64,000 nt of DNA from Klebsormidium nitens (taxonomy: Eukaryota; Plantae; Klebsormidiophyceae): positions 2,033 to 66,032 of the forward strand of contig DF237461.1 in the NCBI GenBank assembly GCA_000708835.1. Direction: 5' to 3'. Position 1 is the first letter of the stretch. The number at the start of each line of letters is the position of its first letter. Both the position numbers and the translations under genes were made by a program. Positions 12,211 through 25,373 of this stretch are shown here, piece after piece. A model generated the notes under the pieces. The model searched no databases. It had not been told where the DNA came from and saw nothing but the letters and a program-made list of their open reading frames with translations.

Positions 12211-15200
12211 ATGGCGGCAACGGCCGCGCGGCATGGTTCCTTCGTTGGAAACTCCAGGCTGCTCTCAGATACGCATCCTAGCACATCCTCCCGGCTAAGA
12301 GATTGTGAGACAGTGTCACTGCATTCTAAAGGCTGTCGGAGGAAGAATGTTTGCGACGACGTTCCGTCGTCTTCTCTTTGGGGCCAGCAACTAGAAGTAC
12401 TTAGCGCGGCGCAACGGATAGTTCATTGGCACCGGGAGCGGGGGTGTGCCGCGGTGCCTCGGTTGGTAGCAAGAGGATCTCAGCAGACGCAGTTTACATT
12501 CCCTGGAGTTCCGTCAGTAGAATCTGAAGGATTGTCAAGTCAGGGCAGAAGGGGCGACCTTCTAAGATGCAATGCCCAGGCTCAGCAGGTCGCCCGGATA
12601 CCGGCCCGAACACCAGACGAGAAGTGTGAAAAGGTAAGCCTGCATCAAAAGTACTTATCCAAACAAACCTAGGGCACTCGTTAAGCTCAAACATACCGAC
12701 AAGTCTCCGAGTGGACCCTAGAGTCAGTGGCTTGAGTTACGCCAGATGATCAACATTTCATTGAAAAGTCACAGCAACAAGTATTTCAGTTGTGGCTCTC
12801 ATCAGGCTAACTCTGGCGGTCTTGGAGTATGGGGTTCTTCCTGACTCTCTACTTCAAATCTCCAGAAAGAAGCTGGCTCCATTTCGTGCAGGTCCCGGTG
12901 TCTCGCATCCGGAACTTCTCGATCATCGCTCACATCGACCACGGCAAGAGCACGCTTGCAGATCGGCTGCTGCAGTTCACAGGCACGGTGGAGGATCGGT
13001 TGATGAAGGGCCAGTTTCTGGACAATATGGATTTGGAGCGTGAGAGGGGGATCACCATCAAGCTGCAAGCGGCGCGCATGAAGTACGTGGCGGCCGATGG
13101 AGAGACTTACGTTCTCAACCTGATTGACACGCCGGGGCACGTCGACTTTTCGTATGAGGTGCGCACCCGCCCTTTTGCAAGGTGTAGATCCCGCGATGAT
13201 TGTTCCTGTGTTGCGGTGCTGCTACGAGTTTCTAAGGTCCATAAGGAGCCAGGAGGAGCCGGCGTTTGCATAAATACGAAAAGGAGGGGGCAGGTAGAGA
13301 AGAGGACGTCCGGAAATTTGGTGCGGAGGACGGGCAATTGCCGGGAAGTTCCCCCCCGACCTACTGTGACAGGTTGCGTGCCATTCAATCAGTAATCAAC
13401 AGCCAAGGAAGCCCGGGCATTGAGGCCTTTCTGATGCAGATGTTCCAGACTCAACAAGCTTTCGAGTGACCTTGAACAATGCTGGGGTCGATGAATTTAA
13501 TTGATTGGCTTTTGCATTCATCTTTGTCCATACAAGCGAGGAGATGGTGAAGGCGAATATGAAGTGATTACTTCAGAGCACAAGTTGCGGACACGGCTGA
13601 CATTGACAAAGTAGCCTCAGATTGGGCAAGCTGTTCCGTCTGTACTCAGCCAAAGAAAAGCTTCTCAAGAAAAGAGAACCAGATCAGCTCGTTCATTTGT
13701 TTGTTGCAGGTGTCTCGATCGTTGGCAGCATGCGAGGGGGCTCTTTTGGTGGTAGATGCAGCGCAGGGGGTGGAGGCGCAAACGTTGGCCAACGTCTATC
13801 TGGCCTTGGAGAACAATCTCGAGATCATTCCGGTGAGCTTTGATCTGCTAGAGCTCATTCCAAGTCCCACGTCTGACTTTTTGAGGCGTGCGGATTTCGT
13901 TGTAATTTGAACGATTATTTGATGCTTGTGTGTCTGAGAGTAGTGAGGACAATCTGCAGTAAATTCTGGGTGTGTTGGCTTTGATGGTTGATGGCCAAGC
14001 ACGGGTTGGAAAGGCGTTTATCTGCAAAGGGGCGGATGCCGAATGGACAGTACGCAACAGACGTTTGTGTGGTGTCAAAGAAGTGTAGAAGAGAGCAAAC
14101 GTAATTCAGGAGCCCTGCCCCTTTCCAGATTGGATAGGTACAAGCAAGCACCCCATGAAACATACTCATCAGGGAAACAATGAACCAACCAATCGTAAAG
14201 GCGGGCGCAGGAGTCGAGTACGATGGCGTGAAGTCGTCTGCAAGCGACGGACAGAACCCAGTGATTGTTGCACAAGCGCCTTGATCCGAAAGCTTTGTTG
14301 CAACTCCGCTTGATCCAGGTGTTGAACAAGATCGACCTGCCTGGCGCCGACGCCGAGGCGTGCAAGAAGGAGATTGAGGATGTTGTCGGCCTCGACACGA
14401 GCGGCGCGATTCTTTGCTCCGCGAAGGAGGGCATCGGTATCGAGGACATTCTCGAGGCGATCGTGGCCCGCGTTCCCGCCCCCCGGGACACAACGAAAGA
14501 GCCGTTCCGCGCGCTCATCTTCGACAGTTACTACGACGCGTACCGAGGAGTCATTGTCTACTTCCGGGTGATGGACGGGGAGGTGCGCGTAGGAGATACG
14601 GTGCGATTCATGAACAGCGGGAAGGAGTACGAGATCGACGATCTGGGCGTGATGGCGCCGAACCAGTTGCCGGTGAAAGCGCTGTACGCGGGGGAGGTCG
14701 GGTTCTTGTCCGGGAGCATACGGGCAGTGGCGGACGCGCGGGTCGGGGATACGATTACGATTGCGGGGAAACGGGCAGTGACGCCGCTACCAGGGTACGA
14801 GCAGGCGGTGCCCATGGTGTTCTGCGGGCTGTTCCCGGTGGATGCGGACCAGTGAGTGTGGAACTCTTTTCGCTTTCCTTTCCTCGATTTTCATACGTCA
14901 AGATGCGGTTATCCGTCCAGAGGCGCACGTTTGGCAAGATATGGCAGATGTAGGGGAAGCCCTCGAGCCCGCTGCTATACGGCCTGTAGCCCGAAAGAGG
15001 CTTAGTCGAAGGAAGGAGAGGCCCGCAACTGGAAGCGCGACATGGAGAGACATCAGGCAGCCAGACACTAGGGGCGCGGGAATGAGTGAAGAACAGAGCA
15101 GTCGTTAAAACGACAGGATTATCAGCTTTGCGAAGCGGGTGCGTCTTACTGCACGCAAGGCAGCCGTTGCAACCCGTCCCTGTCCCTAACATCCGGATAG

Positions 15201-18200
15201 AGTAGCAGCTTGATGCACAGTTTCGTCACCAACTGTCAGCACGCTCACTGACATTGACAAAACTTCTCAAATCGGCTTGCGATTATCTTAGTCTGCCATT
15301 CGACCCGGTGAACCTTCGGTCGTCTCGCGGATTCCTGACGGGCCCTATGCCGCCACCTGCAGGTTCCCGGACCTACGCGACGCCCTCGAGAAGCTGCAGC
15401 TGAACGACGCGGCGCTCAAGTTTGAGCCCGAGACGTCAAGCGCCATGGGGTTCGGCTTCCGATGCGGATTCCTGGGCTTGCTGCACATGGAAATTGTACA
15501 GGTTAGATTAGCGGAGTATTTACCCCGGGCAATAACTGGAGATACTTATGGACTGGTTGGGCAAGAGTCTGTTATGGGTTTGGATACTCTGATTGGGGCA
15601 AAATTGATCAATGCATATGGAGATCGTCCAGGTGAGCAGCAGGTTAACGTCCAATTGATGGAGATGCTTACGGAAACGCAAGAGTGATGGCCAGGGATCG
15701 TTCAGGAAGCAGTCAGCTTTTGCAGATTAGTCCGAAAGGTCGTTGAAGGTCGTAAGTCGCTGAAGGTTCCAGGTTGGTGGCTTGCTGGTGTTCTCGGCCA
15801 CGCAATGAAGGAGAGTGTTCTTCAGCGGAAGCAGAGTTTAGCCATGTTTGATATTTTTCCGACAACTAGAGATGCGGATGGGTTTAACCACTGTAACTTC
15901 GAAAGTCACTTTTGGGATTGAACCAGGGGTCGAATGATTGCTGGCGTCGTATGTACTATCCCGATTCGATTGAGTCTGGAGATAGAAACCATCCGCATTT
16001 TCTTTGCCTACAGGAGCGGTTAGAGCGCGAGTACAACCTGAACCTGATCATCACGGCCCCCAGCGTGGTGTATAAAGTGCACTCTGCCGACGGGAGTGTC
16101 GTCATGGTGGACAACCCGGCGCAGCTGCCCGCCGCGGAGAAGCGCGCATTCATCGAGGAGCCGTACGTCCGGGTGAGCACCCCATCCGGACGGCTGTGCT
16201 CGCGCCACCTGTCATTTGACATGCCCGTGCCGTAGTGTTACCTGATTGCTCGGCTTTCGTGCTGCGTCGAGCCATGCGGCACCCGGAATAAGATGGACGG
16301 GTTTGTTGTTTCTCAACTTTGAACGGGTTCGGGGCCTCCACAACCGGGTTCTCTCACTGGAGTCTGTTTGCTTTCAACGATAGTCGCGTCATTCTCAAGG
16401 TCGAGGGCTTTGGTCTTATCGTTGGCTCTCAACGAGCCACTGGAGTTTGATGACGCTTTGTGAATGACGCTGTGCAACTCTGCATGATCACGCCCGAGAC
16501 ATATGCTTTGTCACCACGTCTCTCCTTTTGCGTGTTCCTCTCCCCCCTCTTCACTTCACACTCAATGCGGCATCCTTTTCCGGTGTGCAGATCAGCATGA
16601 TCACACCGAAGGATTTCGTGGGCCCGCTGATGGAGCTGGCGCAGAACCGCCGCGGCGAGTTCACCGAGATGAAGTACATCACCGAGGCGCGCTGCGAGCT
16701 GGTCTACGAGCTGCCGCTGGGGGAGGTCAGCGGCTCGCCTCACTTTCCGCGTCTTCTTTACTCTGCTTACTACTGCGGCTGTGGCGAAAATTCGATTTTG
16801 GGCCCAGGTTTAGGGCCCAGAGTTCTTGGGCTGCGACAAACGCTGCGTTGGCTGCTAACTCCGTGTTCATTTGGGAACGGTCACGGATGGCTGCGACATA
16901 AGTTTGATTACGGCCCAGTATTCAGCATGCGTGTGCCCTCCTTTCGTCCTTTATAAGTGGCTGTCCCCTCCGGTCTCCGCTTTCCTTCTTTGTTTCGGTG
17001 CTATTGAGAGACTGGCCTATCAGCTGCTTGCAACGGCTCGCCTGCCGGTTTTTAGTTTTGGTCCTTGTTGCTTCTTCTCGCTATCTTTTCATTCAGGCTT
17101 CTCCTCTGTTTTTAGCGATCTTGGCGGTGCTCTCTCTGCGAAATCAGGACGCTTTGCAGCGGCTGGGAAATGCGTGCCGACAACCCTCTCTGGTTAGAGA
17201 CTCTCCGGCGCTACAAGTATTCCGTTCTAAGTCTTCGTCTCTCCTTAGAAAAGTTTCCGTCATTCCGTCATCCCTGTTCGCCGTGGGAACAAACGGCTCA
17301 GACGAGGACGTTATTCTCTTTCAAGCCGCTCTGTTAAGCACTGACAAACCATCCTGGAACCTTTTCCTCGACGCTCTTCCTTTTTCGACCCCTGTTTTGA
17401 CCCACTTGTCAACCAGCTCGGCTCCGACAGCAAGCGCGACAAACGTCAAGAGTCTTTGCCTCTCTCTCCCCCTCTTGCTTCTGATCCATATTGAACCCGC
17501 CTCAAACCCGCCTCCTCTTCGTTCCCGAGTAGTGACCGGCATTCCCGACTAGTTGAGACCGCTCACCAAACGTTTTCAGCATTTTCCCCCCTTGCTTCTA
17601 AGCCAATTCAACGGGGACTCGTCCTTCCCTTAACCTCCTTCCTGTTGGTCACCGGCTCAAGTAGTGCACTTTACAACACCAAGGTTGCTCAGCTTCTAAA
17701 CTTGATGAACTCCCCCCAACCTTCCCCCACATCCTTGTTGTTTTCTCAGCACTCTGACCCGTTCCAAACCCCTTCAACCCTCGTTTGAATCCAGGTTCCC
17801 TGCCTGCCAAGTGGTCACTCAGTTTGTCGACATCATGCATCAAGTCGTGCATCAAGGGATACAAAGGTTGCTCATCTTCAGCCTCTTTTGAAACGCCCCC
17901 AACGCTCTTGTCCTTCAGCATCCCTAACACGTCCTGAACCGCTTTAAAGCTTACCTTAACCCATTTTTCACTCGTCCAGGTGGTGACCGACTTTTTCGAC
18001 CAGCTCAAGTCGCGCACCAAGGGGTACGCGAGCATGGAGTACCACCTGATCGGGTACCGCCGCAACGAACTCGTACGCCTCGATCTCAATATCAACGGCG
18101 AGCCGTGCGACCCGCTCGCCACCATTGTGCACCGCGACAAGGCCTACCAGGTAACTGCAAGCCGGGTAGTCTAAGGAATTCCGGGTTTTCAACTTTGGGT

Positions 18201-19384
18201 TAGGGGGCTCAGCCTCTTGAAAGTTTGTGTTTCGCGGAGGTACAACAGGTCGAATAGGAAAGGTCGGACATGCAGTGAAGTGGATTTGGGAAAGGGACTA
18301 GCAAACGTGGGCTTTTTTACCGCACTAACAGCCCTTCGTCCTCTACTGACACGCCTCTCGTTCGGTGGCTCTCGTTCTGGTTAAGGTCGTAGGTTGCAAT
18401 CCATCCGGTGGCGCCAGCATGGCGCTGCCTTTGCACTATACAGGCCCGTTTGCCGATTCAGTATAGCCTTGTAGCAACCGCCGACTACGAACCTTGAAAA
18501 GCCAAGAGTTTTTCCATCTCCAATAACGAACATCGCACTGCAGGTGGGCCGTGCGCTGACGGAGAAGCTGAAGGAGCTCATCCCGCGGCAGATGTTCAAG
18601 ATCCCCATTCAGGCCACCATTGGCGCCAAGGTCATTGCGAGCGAGAGCATCGCCGCAATGCGGAAGGACGTGCTCGCAAAATGCTATGGTGAGCTGCGCT
18701 TAACTTGGCCATCTGCGGTGTCAGGTGCACATGACAACCTCCGGCCTGTTCTATAAGCTGAGAAAACGTTTGGCCGTGCTATAGTTCGGGTTCTAAACTT
18801 CCTCTGGCAATCAGCATATGAGCATCAGTTTAGATATATGCTGGCACCACTGAAACTGAATAACGAAATGTTTGCCCTTCGCGCCTTCAGAATGCGACAG
18901 CTTGCTTGCAAAGCGCTGCGGATAGGGGTTTCAGAACAAGTAAAGCTGAAACGCGCAGGGCATACCGGTGCTGGATTACTGAGCCGGCTGTTGCTGGTGG
19001 CAAGCTTAGGAGGCGAACTTTCAACCCCCCTTCCAATCGGTTGTATTCTCGTCATGGCGACTCTGGATGTTTCGAGTTTTGAACGGTTTGTTCAGCCAGC
19101 GTTTCTAGTCGTAATTGCTGTTCGTCGAAACGGGTCTCTGCGAGGGGCAACCCTGTTTGACATTCTGAGTTCCTTATCCAGCTGATCTGTCAGCCAGGCA
19201 GCCAGTGTTGGAATTTTCACAAGCTCTGCTCATCTTTCGGTGCGCAGGAGGTGATATAAGCCGGAAGAAGAAGCTGTTGAAGAAGCAGGCGGAGGGCAAG
19301 AAACGCATGAAGTCGCTAGGCAAGGTAGACGTGCCGCAGGAGGCGTTCATGGCGGTGCTGCAACTAGAGCGGCAAGTCACGTGA
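12211..19384 (+). CDS. lepA: Translation factor GUF1/LepA (EF4), chloroplast type, about 743 aa with an N-terminal transit-peptide-like exon
   Basis: Exons 12211-12633, 12892-13158, 13710-13832, 14319-14851, 15363-15501, 16014-16172, 16591-16725, 17980-18150, 18544-18688, 19248-19384; frame-consistent. Motifs [74 protein letters not shown]. Confidence 0.96.
15612..15636 (+). repeat. Ghost copy of the LepA exon-5 3' end plus donor inside intron 5
   Basis: TGCATATGGAGATCGTCCAG|GTGAG versus the true TGCACATGGAAATTGTACAG|GTTAG (15482-15506). Confidence 0.7.
16471..16498 (+). repeat. Ghost copy of the LepA exon-7 acceptor plus 5' end inside intron 6
   Basis: TGTGCAA|CTCTGCATGATCACGCCCGAG versus the true TGTGCAG|ATCAGCATGATCACACCGAAG (16584-16611). 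Confidence 0.6.
17008..17862 (+). repeat. Degenerate copies of the LepA exon-7 end (17008-17043) and exon-8 start (17529, 17644, 17811) in intron 7
   Basis: 17811 GTGGTCACTCAGTTTGTCGAC..TCAAGTCGTGCATCAAGGGATAC versus exon 8 GTGGTGACCGACTTTTTCGAC..TCAAGTCGCGCACCAAGGGGTAC; the 17529 copy matches 29/41 nt without gaps. Confidence 0.6.
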
Positions 19385-20368
19385 ACACGTGGCCCATACT
19401 AGCATTCTTTTGTAGATATTCAAGGGGCTCTCCGGGTTGGCAGACCGCACAGAAACAAGGACGAGATCGAGACGTTCTTGCAAGCGCTTGCTTCCAAGCT
19501 TTATCTCGATGGACAGTAGCAAATGTCACTCGACGCCTCTAGTTTGGACATGATGGCTTGTCCAATGGAACATGGCAGCTGCGGGCCACTATAAACATGT
19601 CGTAACCTGTATCCAGTCTATGATGCAAATGACATGCGTCAATACAAATATGCAACCGGAAGTTGACCGTGGCACTGCCGCTGGCTAGGGCTTGCCACTG
19701 AGCCAGCTTTTTGACTCGCTTACTTATTGATTCATGTGCATGTGTTCGTTGTGTTTTGCAGTCCTTAAGCAAGCACCGGCCGAATCATACCCAATTTCTT
19801 GCATTATCATGCAAGCTGATTGCATGTACGTACTCAGTAAAGCTTCAGTTCTGGGAAACTTTGCAATGCAGTCGGCGTTGGAAAATTGCTTGCCAATTAC
19901 TATCGCTAGTAACACCCGTCGTAACCCATCATGCCTGATTCTCAGCCTGTGCGCGTGCACATGCTAGTGAGACATGCATGCATTAGTACAGGCTATAGCA
20001 TGGCTGCACCGTGCCTCATTTCACCTTTGTGAATAGTCGCGTGCTCAGCGGTGATTTACAGGTGCGTTCGTCCAAGGTCAATACTGAAATTCATAAACGG
20101 ACACGTCTCCTGCGTGATAGATTTTCGTTCGAAACAATTGCTAATCCGGCTGTACGTCCTCTAGCTGTTTGCTTCCAAAGAATGAATGAATAGTATAACT
20201 GTTTTACATGTTTGACTGTATGGCTCAAGGTTCCCGCTGTCTACCTCATGTTTATCCACGTATATTTGCTTGTTACCTGGTTCTCGGTCAAATGGTACAA
20301 CTTCACTGCGTCCGTGTGTTAGAATCTAATCAAAAGTGTGTCGAGTTATCCAACTGCCTCGAGTCCTA

Positions 20369-23300
20369 TCACGCGGCTCGGATAGCCACAGCGTTTCTCA
20401 CGACTTCGTTCAGTGCAGCCACAACCGGAGATTGCTCCAGTTGCGGCTTTGGGATTGATGACACCGGTGCAGATAAAACGGAGAAGGATCTCGCGAGATT
20501 GGCCACCGGCCTGACGTTGTCTACAATCACACCGTCAACCCCCTGGAATTGCTGGAAGAAGACAGCCTCCGGCAGATTGCTGCAAGATGGAAATGAGAGA
20601 ACATCAACGTCGAGTACCTTGCCTGTGTGACATCAGCGTCTGCGAAGTGACAGTCGAGCGACAATCGTGAAGGGTCAAGCGAAAAGAGGCGTAACAACAA
20701 GGCCCTTTCGAAATAGGCTGTCAAGCAAGAAATGCTCCCTTCCAGAACGACCTGAAAGTTCTAGCGCCTAAAGATCACGCAAAGGATAGGGGATCGAATC
20801 TCCCAAAGATGACACAGCAAATCATTCGGATGCTACAGGTCTTTTGCGTCAAACTTGCAGTGGGGTCCACGATCTAGAGCCAACAGATGCCGTCCCATTG
20901 TCGATCTTACGGTCCAGGATCAAGAACCCTGCTCCGAGCAGATTAAAATCCGTGGCAGAATTGACGAAACAGCTGCAAAAGAAGCTTCAGAAGTCGTTCG
21001 CTTACTTCTCCTCCCCGTAGGTGTACAGGCCCAGGCCTTGGTTTTTGATGACCCTGATCATTTCCGGTTGTCTAAGAATGGCGGTCACCTCCGATACAAT
21101 CCCCTGGAGTTGATCTGTACACAATAGAGATTGCCGACTCAGCGGAGCTCAGTATCTTCCTGAAAGACTCAGTCATAACAAGCACCAAATCCTGACAGCA
21201 CCTTCGTCTTCCGAAAACAGGCATTGTCATTCTGATGCAGAGCTAGTACCGAATCTCCACCTGTCCGCTTTCAGACAGGGCAACTAAGTTTGGCGCCACC
21301 TCTGCAAGGGAGGACCTCGCTTATGAACACTCACTTGACGTGCAGAGGTCAATAGCTGCAGCGAGCGAGTTTCGCCGAGGATCTTGGTAGAGATCCGAGC
21401 CCCCGTCAGTCAGGAAAAACACCTGAAACAGAAAGTCAGTGTGAATCAGAATTGCCATTGGAAAGCCATTGCTATGCGCCCACCATTGCTCACACGTGGT
21501 TGCTACGAACATCACTCCACCAGTTTGCACTACTGGTACTCTGATCGAAGCAAGCTCGCTATTAACACGTTGGCATTAAAACCTTACCAAGGGGGCACTC
21601 TGCAATGTTCTTGAGCTGCGCAAAATGGGAGAAATGACTGCACTGCTGCTCGATGGTGTTTGTGCGAAGTCGCTCAGAGGTGCTCACAGGATAAGTGCTT
21701 TGCAGGCGGCGGAGTAGAATTGCGGCGTCTGGATGGAAGGTGGAGAAGATGATGCGGCGATGGCCCGCATTTGCCTTGACATCTGCCAGAGTGGCCGTCA
21801 CAACCCGCGCGATCTCTTCAAGGGACTCCTCTGAGTCCAAGAATTTTACCTGGGGAGGTGATGCAATCCTGGTCAGCTTATGAGTGTCAAGAGAGGGGTT
21901 ATGGGCGAGACAGGCACTATTGCCGGCCGTGATCAAGGGACACACCAGGCAACTGTCAGGCAGAATGTTGCTTTGATCAGGACACTCTGCATAAGGTCCA
22001 GGATAAACCCCGCTAAACTGTCAGATTACCCATTCAACTGACTTAAAAACACTTCGCAGTGGGAATGTCTCGAGTAAGCCCTGTAAATCAAAGAGCTCTG
22101 ATCTTCCAGCTTACCTCAATGTTAAAGCCCACGGTCTCTGCGACATTCTGAAAAGCCTCCTTCAGCGTACAAAGGGGCCCCTCCATTGCACACTCCCATG
22201 GCTCCAGGATCCCATCACCAGCTCGCCGGAGCAGCGGCCGACCGCTGAAACCTGCCCCCTCTTGCGGCCCAATCCTCCTGAACTCATCTATTGTCAGATC
22301 CCCTATCCTTCTAGACTCTTCTTCCGACGTGTGGATGTAGTCATCATGGAAAATGACAGCGTGACTATCTTTTGAGACTTGGACATCAAACTCAATGAAG
22401 TCTGCGCCGTGGTTGCCAGCTAGAGCAAATGATCTAATTGTGTTCTCTCGGATGTCAGGCAGCCCCTCTACTCCCCCCACCCAGGCCAGCCGCTTGCTTT
22501 TGTTCTTTCCGGAGCCTCTGCAAGATTAACGAGTTAGCCAAGTTAAAACTATGTAAGAAATTTGTATCAGGAAAAGGCATCGCGCAATCTCAAGATTTTG
22601 ATAGGCACTGAAAGCATGTTAGGAATGCTAAGCTTCACCTGGCCACCACATCCTGCTATCATTGATTTGCATGCGTGCTGTAAGTGGAATGCACCTAGAA
22701 CTCCTCACCTATGACCCACGATAGTGACGCGAGAGCGACCCTGACCAGTTTCTACCCTCCCCCAGTAGCTGGTTCTCGAGGGACTCAGGATGGAGATGGA
22801 CTCTGCTCCGAACCGGCCCCTCTTTTCTGCTTCTTCCGTTTCTATCTGCGGCCAGGCAAAGCTACCGGGCCGCAGAAGAAAGGTCTCCACGATTTTCTGA
22901 CTTGGATTTGCAGCTAGAGTTGGGGCCCTTTCAAGAGGACTGCCACACAAAATATGCATGAATCAGCTGCAATTGGATATTGGTTAGATAGTCCAGCTTG
23001 GAAAAGAACGGGCTCAAAATGTTGAATGCCAGGGTCCCAAAAGAAGCAGATAGAGAACTTGAAATCACAAGTGAAGTTGCTCTGAAAGTGCCTCTAAGCA
23101 AAGATAGCCGGATTGCTAATCAAGATGCTCACCTTGTGAAAGAGGTTCGAGGACTTTGCATGACGATTGTGTCTGCAAAGACAGGATACATCATGTTCAA
23201 GCCAGGAAGCGACTGTTATTAGGTGATGAACAGAACCATCTGTGCAGTTGATCAAGATGGATATCTACCGAAGCAACCAAAGAAGCATCTGGTACGCATC

Positions 23301-23630
23301 TGGCAACCAGTTATAGTCAGCCTCACGCGGATGGGCAGCAAAGATCAGCCGGATGTTGATTGTGGAAGAATATGCAAGAAAGCCTGGACATAACACTGAA
23401 TTGACTAAAATCTCACCAACTGCACCATCCATTGCTAGCGCGTTCAGAGTCTGTCGAACACCACCGCTATTGGAGCCTCTGGAGACAGCTGACACAGCAA
23501 TCGGCTGCGTGGAGCCAAAGATCGGCAGGGCCTCATTTACAAACTGCTTCCCAGGCAGCGAAAAGGACAAGCTCCTCCGGACCAACCCAAACGCAGAACT
23601 TGACCTGCCGATCACGCCTGCTACTTCCAT
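20369..23630 (-). CDS. GDPD: Glycerophosphodiester phosphodiesterase (plant GDPD1-3 type) with a probable plastid transit peptide
   Basis: Spliced motifs VTIVGHR|G...RENTIRSF...GADFIEFDVQVSKDSHAVIFHD...LKEAF...GFNIE|VKF...RRIIFSTFHPDAA...YP|VFFLTDGG...LQGIVSE...GLYTYG...GVDGVIVD; TGA at 20369-20371. The 5' exon boundaries (23630-23417) are less certain. Confidence 0.9.
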
Positions 23631-25373
23631 TCTTCAAGAAGATTGCTCATGCACGGAATGTTCGATGAGGAGGAGAGCGAGGGAGGGTGTCGCTGCTCGC
23701 ACAGTGCCCCAGTCGCCCTTCCCAGAGGGAATCTTTTCCCTGAAAGCAATCGCAGGATACCTTTTGGATGAAGTCCTGCGGCGGCCTCCTGCCACTTTCA
23801 ATTTGACGAAGGTCCGAGGAAGAGGACTCCCTGCATGAGACGGTCTGCCTGATCGCCTTCGTACGGACATTTGCGCTATAGCCTATAGCCCAAAAGATTC
23901 TAAGACGGGGGATTCACATGGATTCACATTGGTCGTTTAATGCACTGTGAAGGCTAAAGACAGCGCACGACCGGGACCCTCCTCCGGGCCGGAAATGGAA
24001 CCCGGTGGCTGCTGAGCTGCGAGCGAATTTCATGAGTGGTAGCTTTCTGAATGGAAACCGGCTACACCGGTAGGTCGATCTCGGATTCGAGAAGGAAATT
24101 GGTGGTAATTTCGTCGAGAAGATGCTCACCCATGGAATCTTGAAGAATTCGGTTGCCAGGTCAGCTCCCGGGCCGTTAGCTGGGCCAAGGCCGGCCAGCC
24201 GCTCTTGCCACGTCGGAAATTGTACGCCGTACGGCCCTGGTCAACGGCATCATCGTACGGTATTTGTGGAGGCAAGTTGCCTGTTCAGGGCTACTGCCCT
24301 ACTGGGCCAGGTACATTCCAGTGACACCGGCTGAAAGCTGATACCCGCACGTCGACGCCTCACAATTGAGGTGACCGTCCGACGCCGTCGATTAACCGTT
24401 AAGTTCTGGCTGGCCAGATCGAAGGTGGTCGCTCGGCCGGGCCGCTGGATTCCCCGGGAACCTGGCGCGGCCGCGGTGAAACTTCGCCTGATGCCCGCGG
24501 CCGGCAACTGTGTTAACATGACCGGCTGTCTCGGGTTCATCATTGGGCCCGGGGGCCGGGCACTTAGTGTACTACCTACCTGCATGCATGCACGTTCACC
24601 ATATCGCAACGGTCTACAGCCACCAGCTGGCAGATCGCTGCCATGGAGAGCCCGAAAAACGGGATGAACTTCATGAATTGCGCCATGCATAAAAAAATTC
24701 GTTCAGAGTAGCGAGTCATCAATTGCATTAAACTACTTGCCTTATCATGAAAAGGCCCGCCTACTTGTTGCTCGTTCCGGGCTGGCGCAATGCCAATCCG
24801 TGCTTGAGAACTTCAAAAGCTATCAGAAAAGATAGGTTATGGTACGCCATATTGATTGAAACTCAGAGAAAGTACGTCAACTAGAATTCTGTCATTGACT
24901 GCACACCCAATTGCAGTGATGCACCGCGAATACTTGTTGCCTAGAAAGAAGGTCAGCATGTTGCGGTAAAGCAATCTTGAAGTCGTATCATTGCATGCTA
25001 GCATCTACTAACTGAATCATGGGAAGTCGATGAGAGCCAATCGGACATGAACAGCTACCACTTACACATTACGTTCGCAATCTGACTCCGACTGAATTCA
25101 ACGGCAAGCACCCCCTATATTGCACACAGTTAGTTCATCTCAGAGAAGGTGGTACCCGGCCAGATTCAGATCAAAGATACAAGAGGCATGGCTAAACATA
25201 CCCAGTGCAAGTGCTCACATGCCAATCGGGACACAAACTGATTCAATTTCAACTTGATTAACCTCTCAAATATTACATGGAAAATTGTTTACGTCAGATT
25301 CACTCAGATTAAAACGTTTCATTGTCGCTGAAAAGAGAACAATCGATTCTTCTAAAATTGAGGCACCACCTCG

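Noticed and set aside
17649-18140. 163-codon minus-strand ORF over LepA intron 7/exon 8
   Set aside because: Antisense to a pyrimidine-rich intron and a conserved exon; no domain signature.
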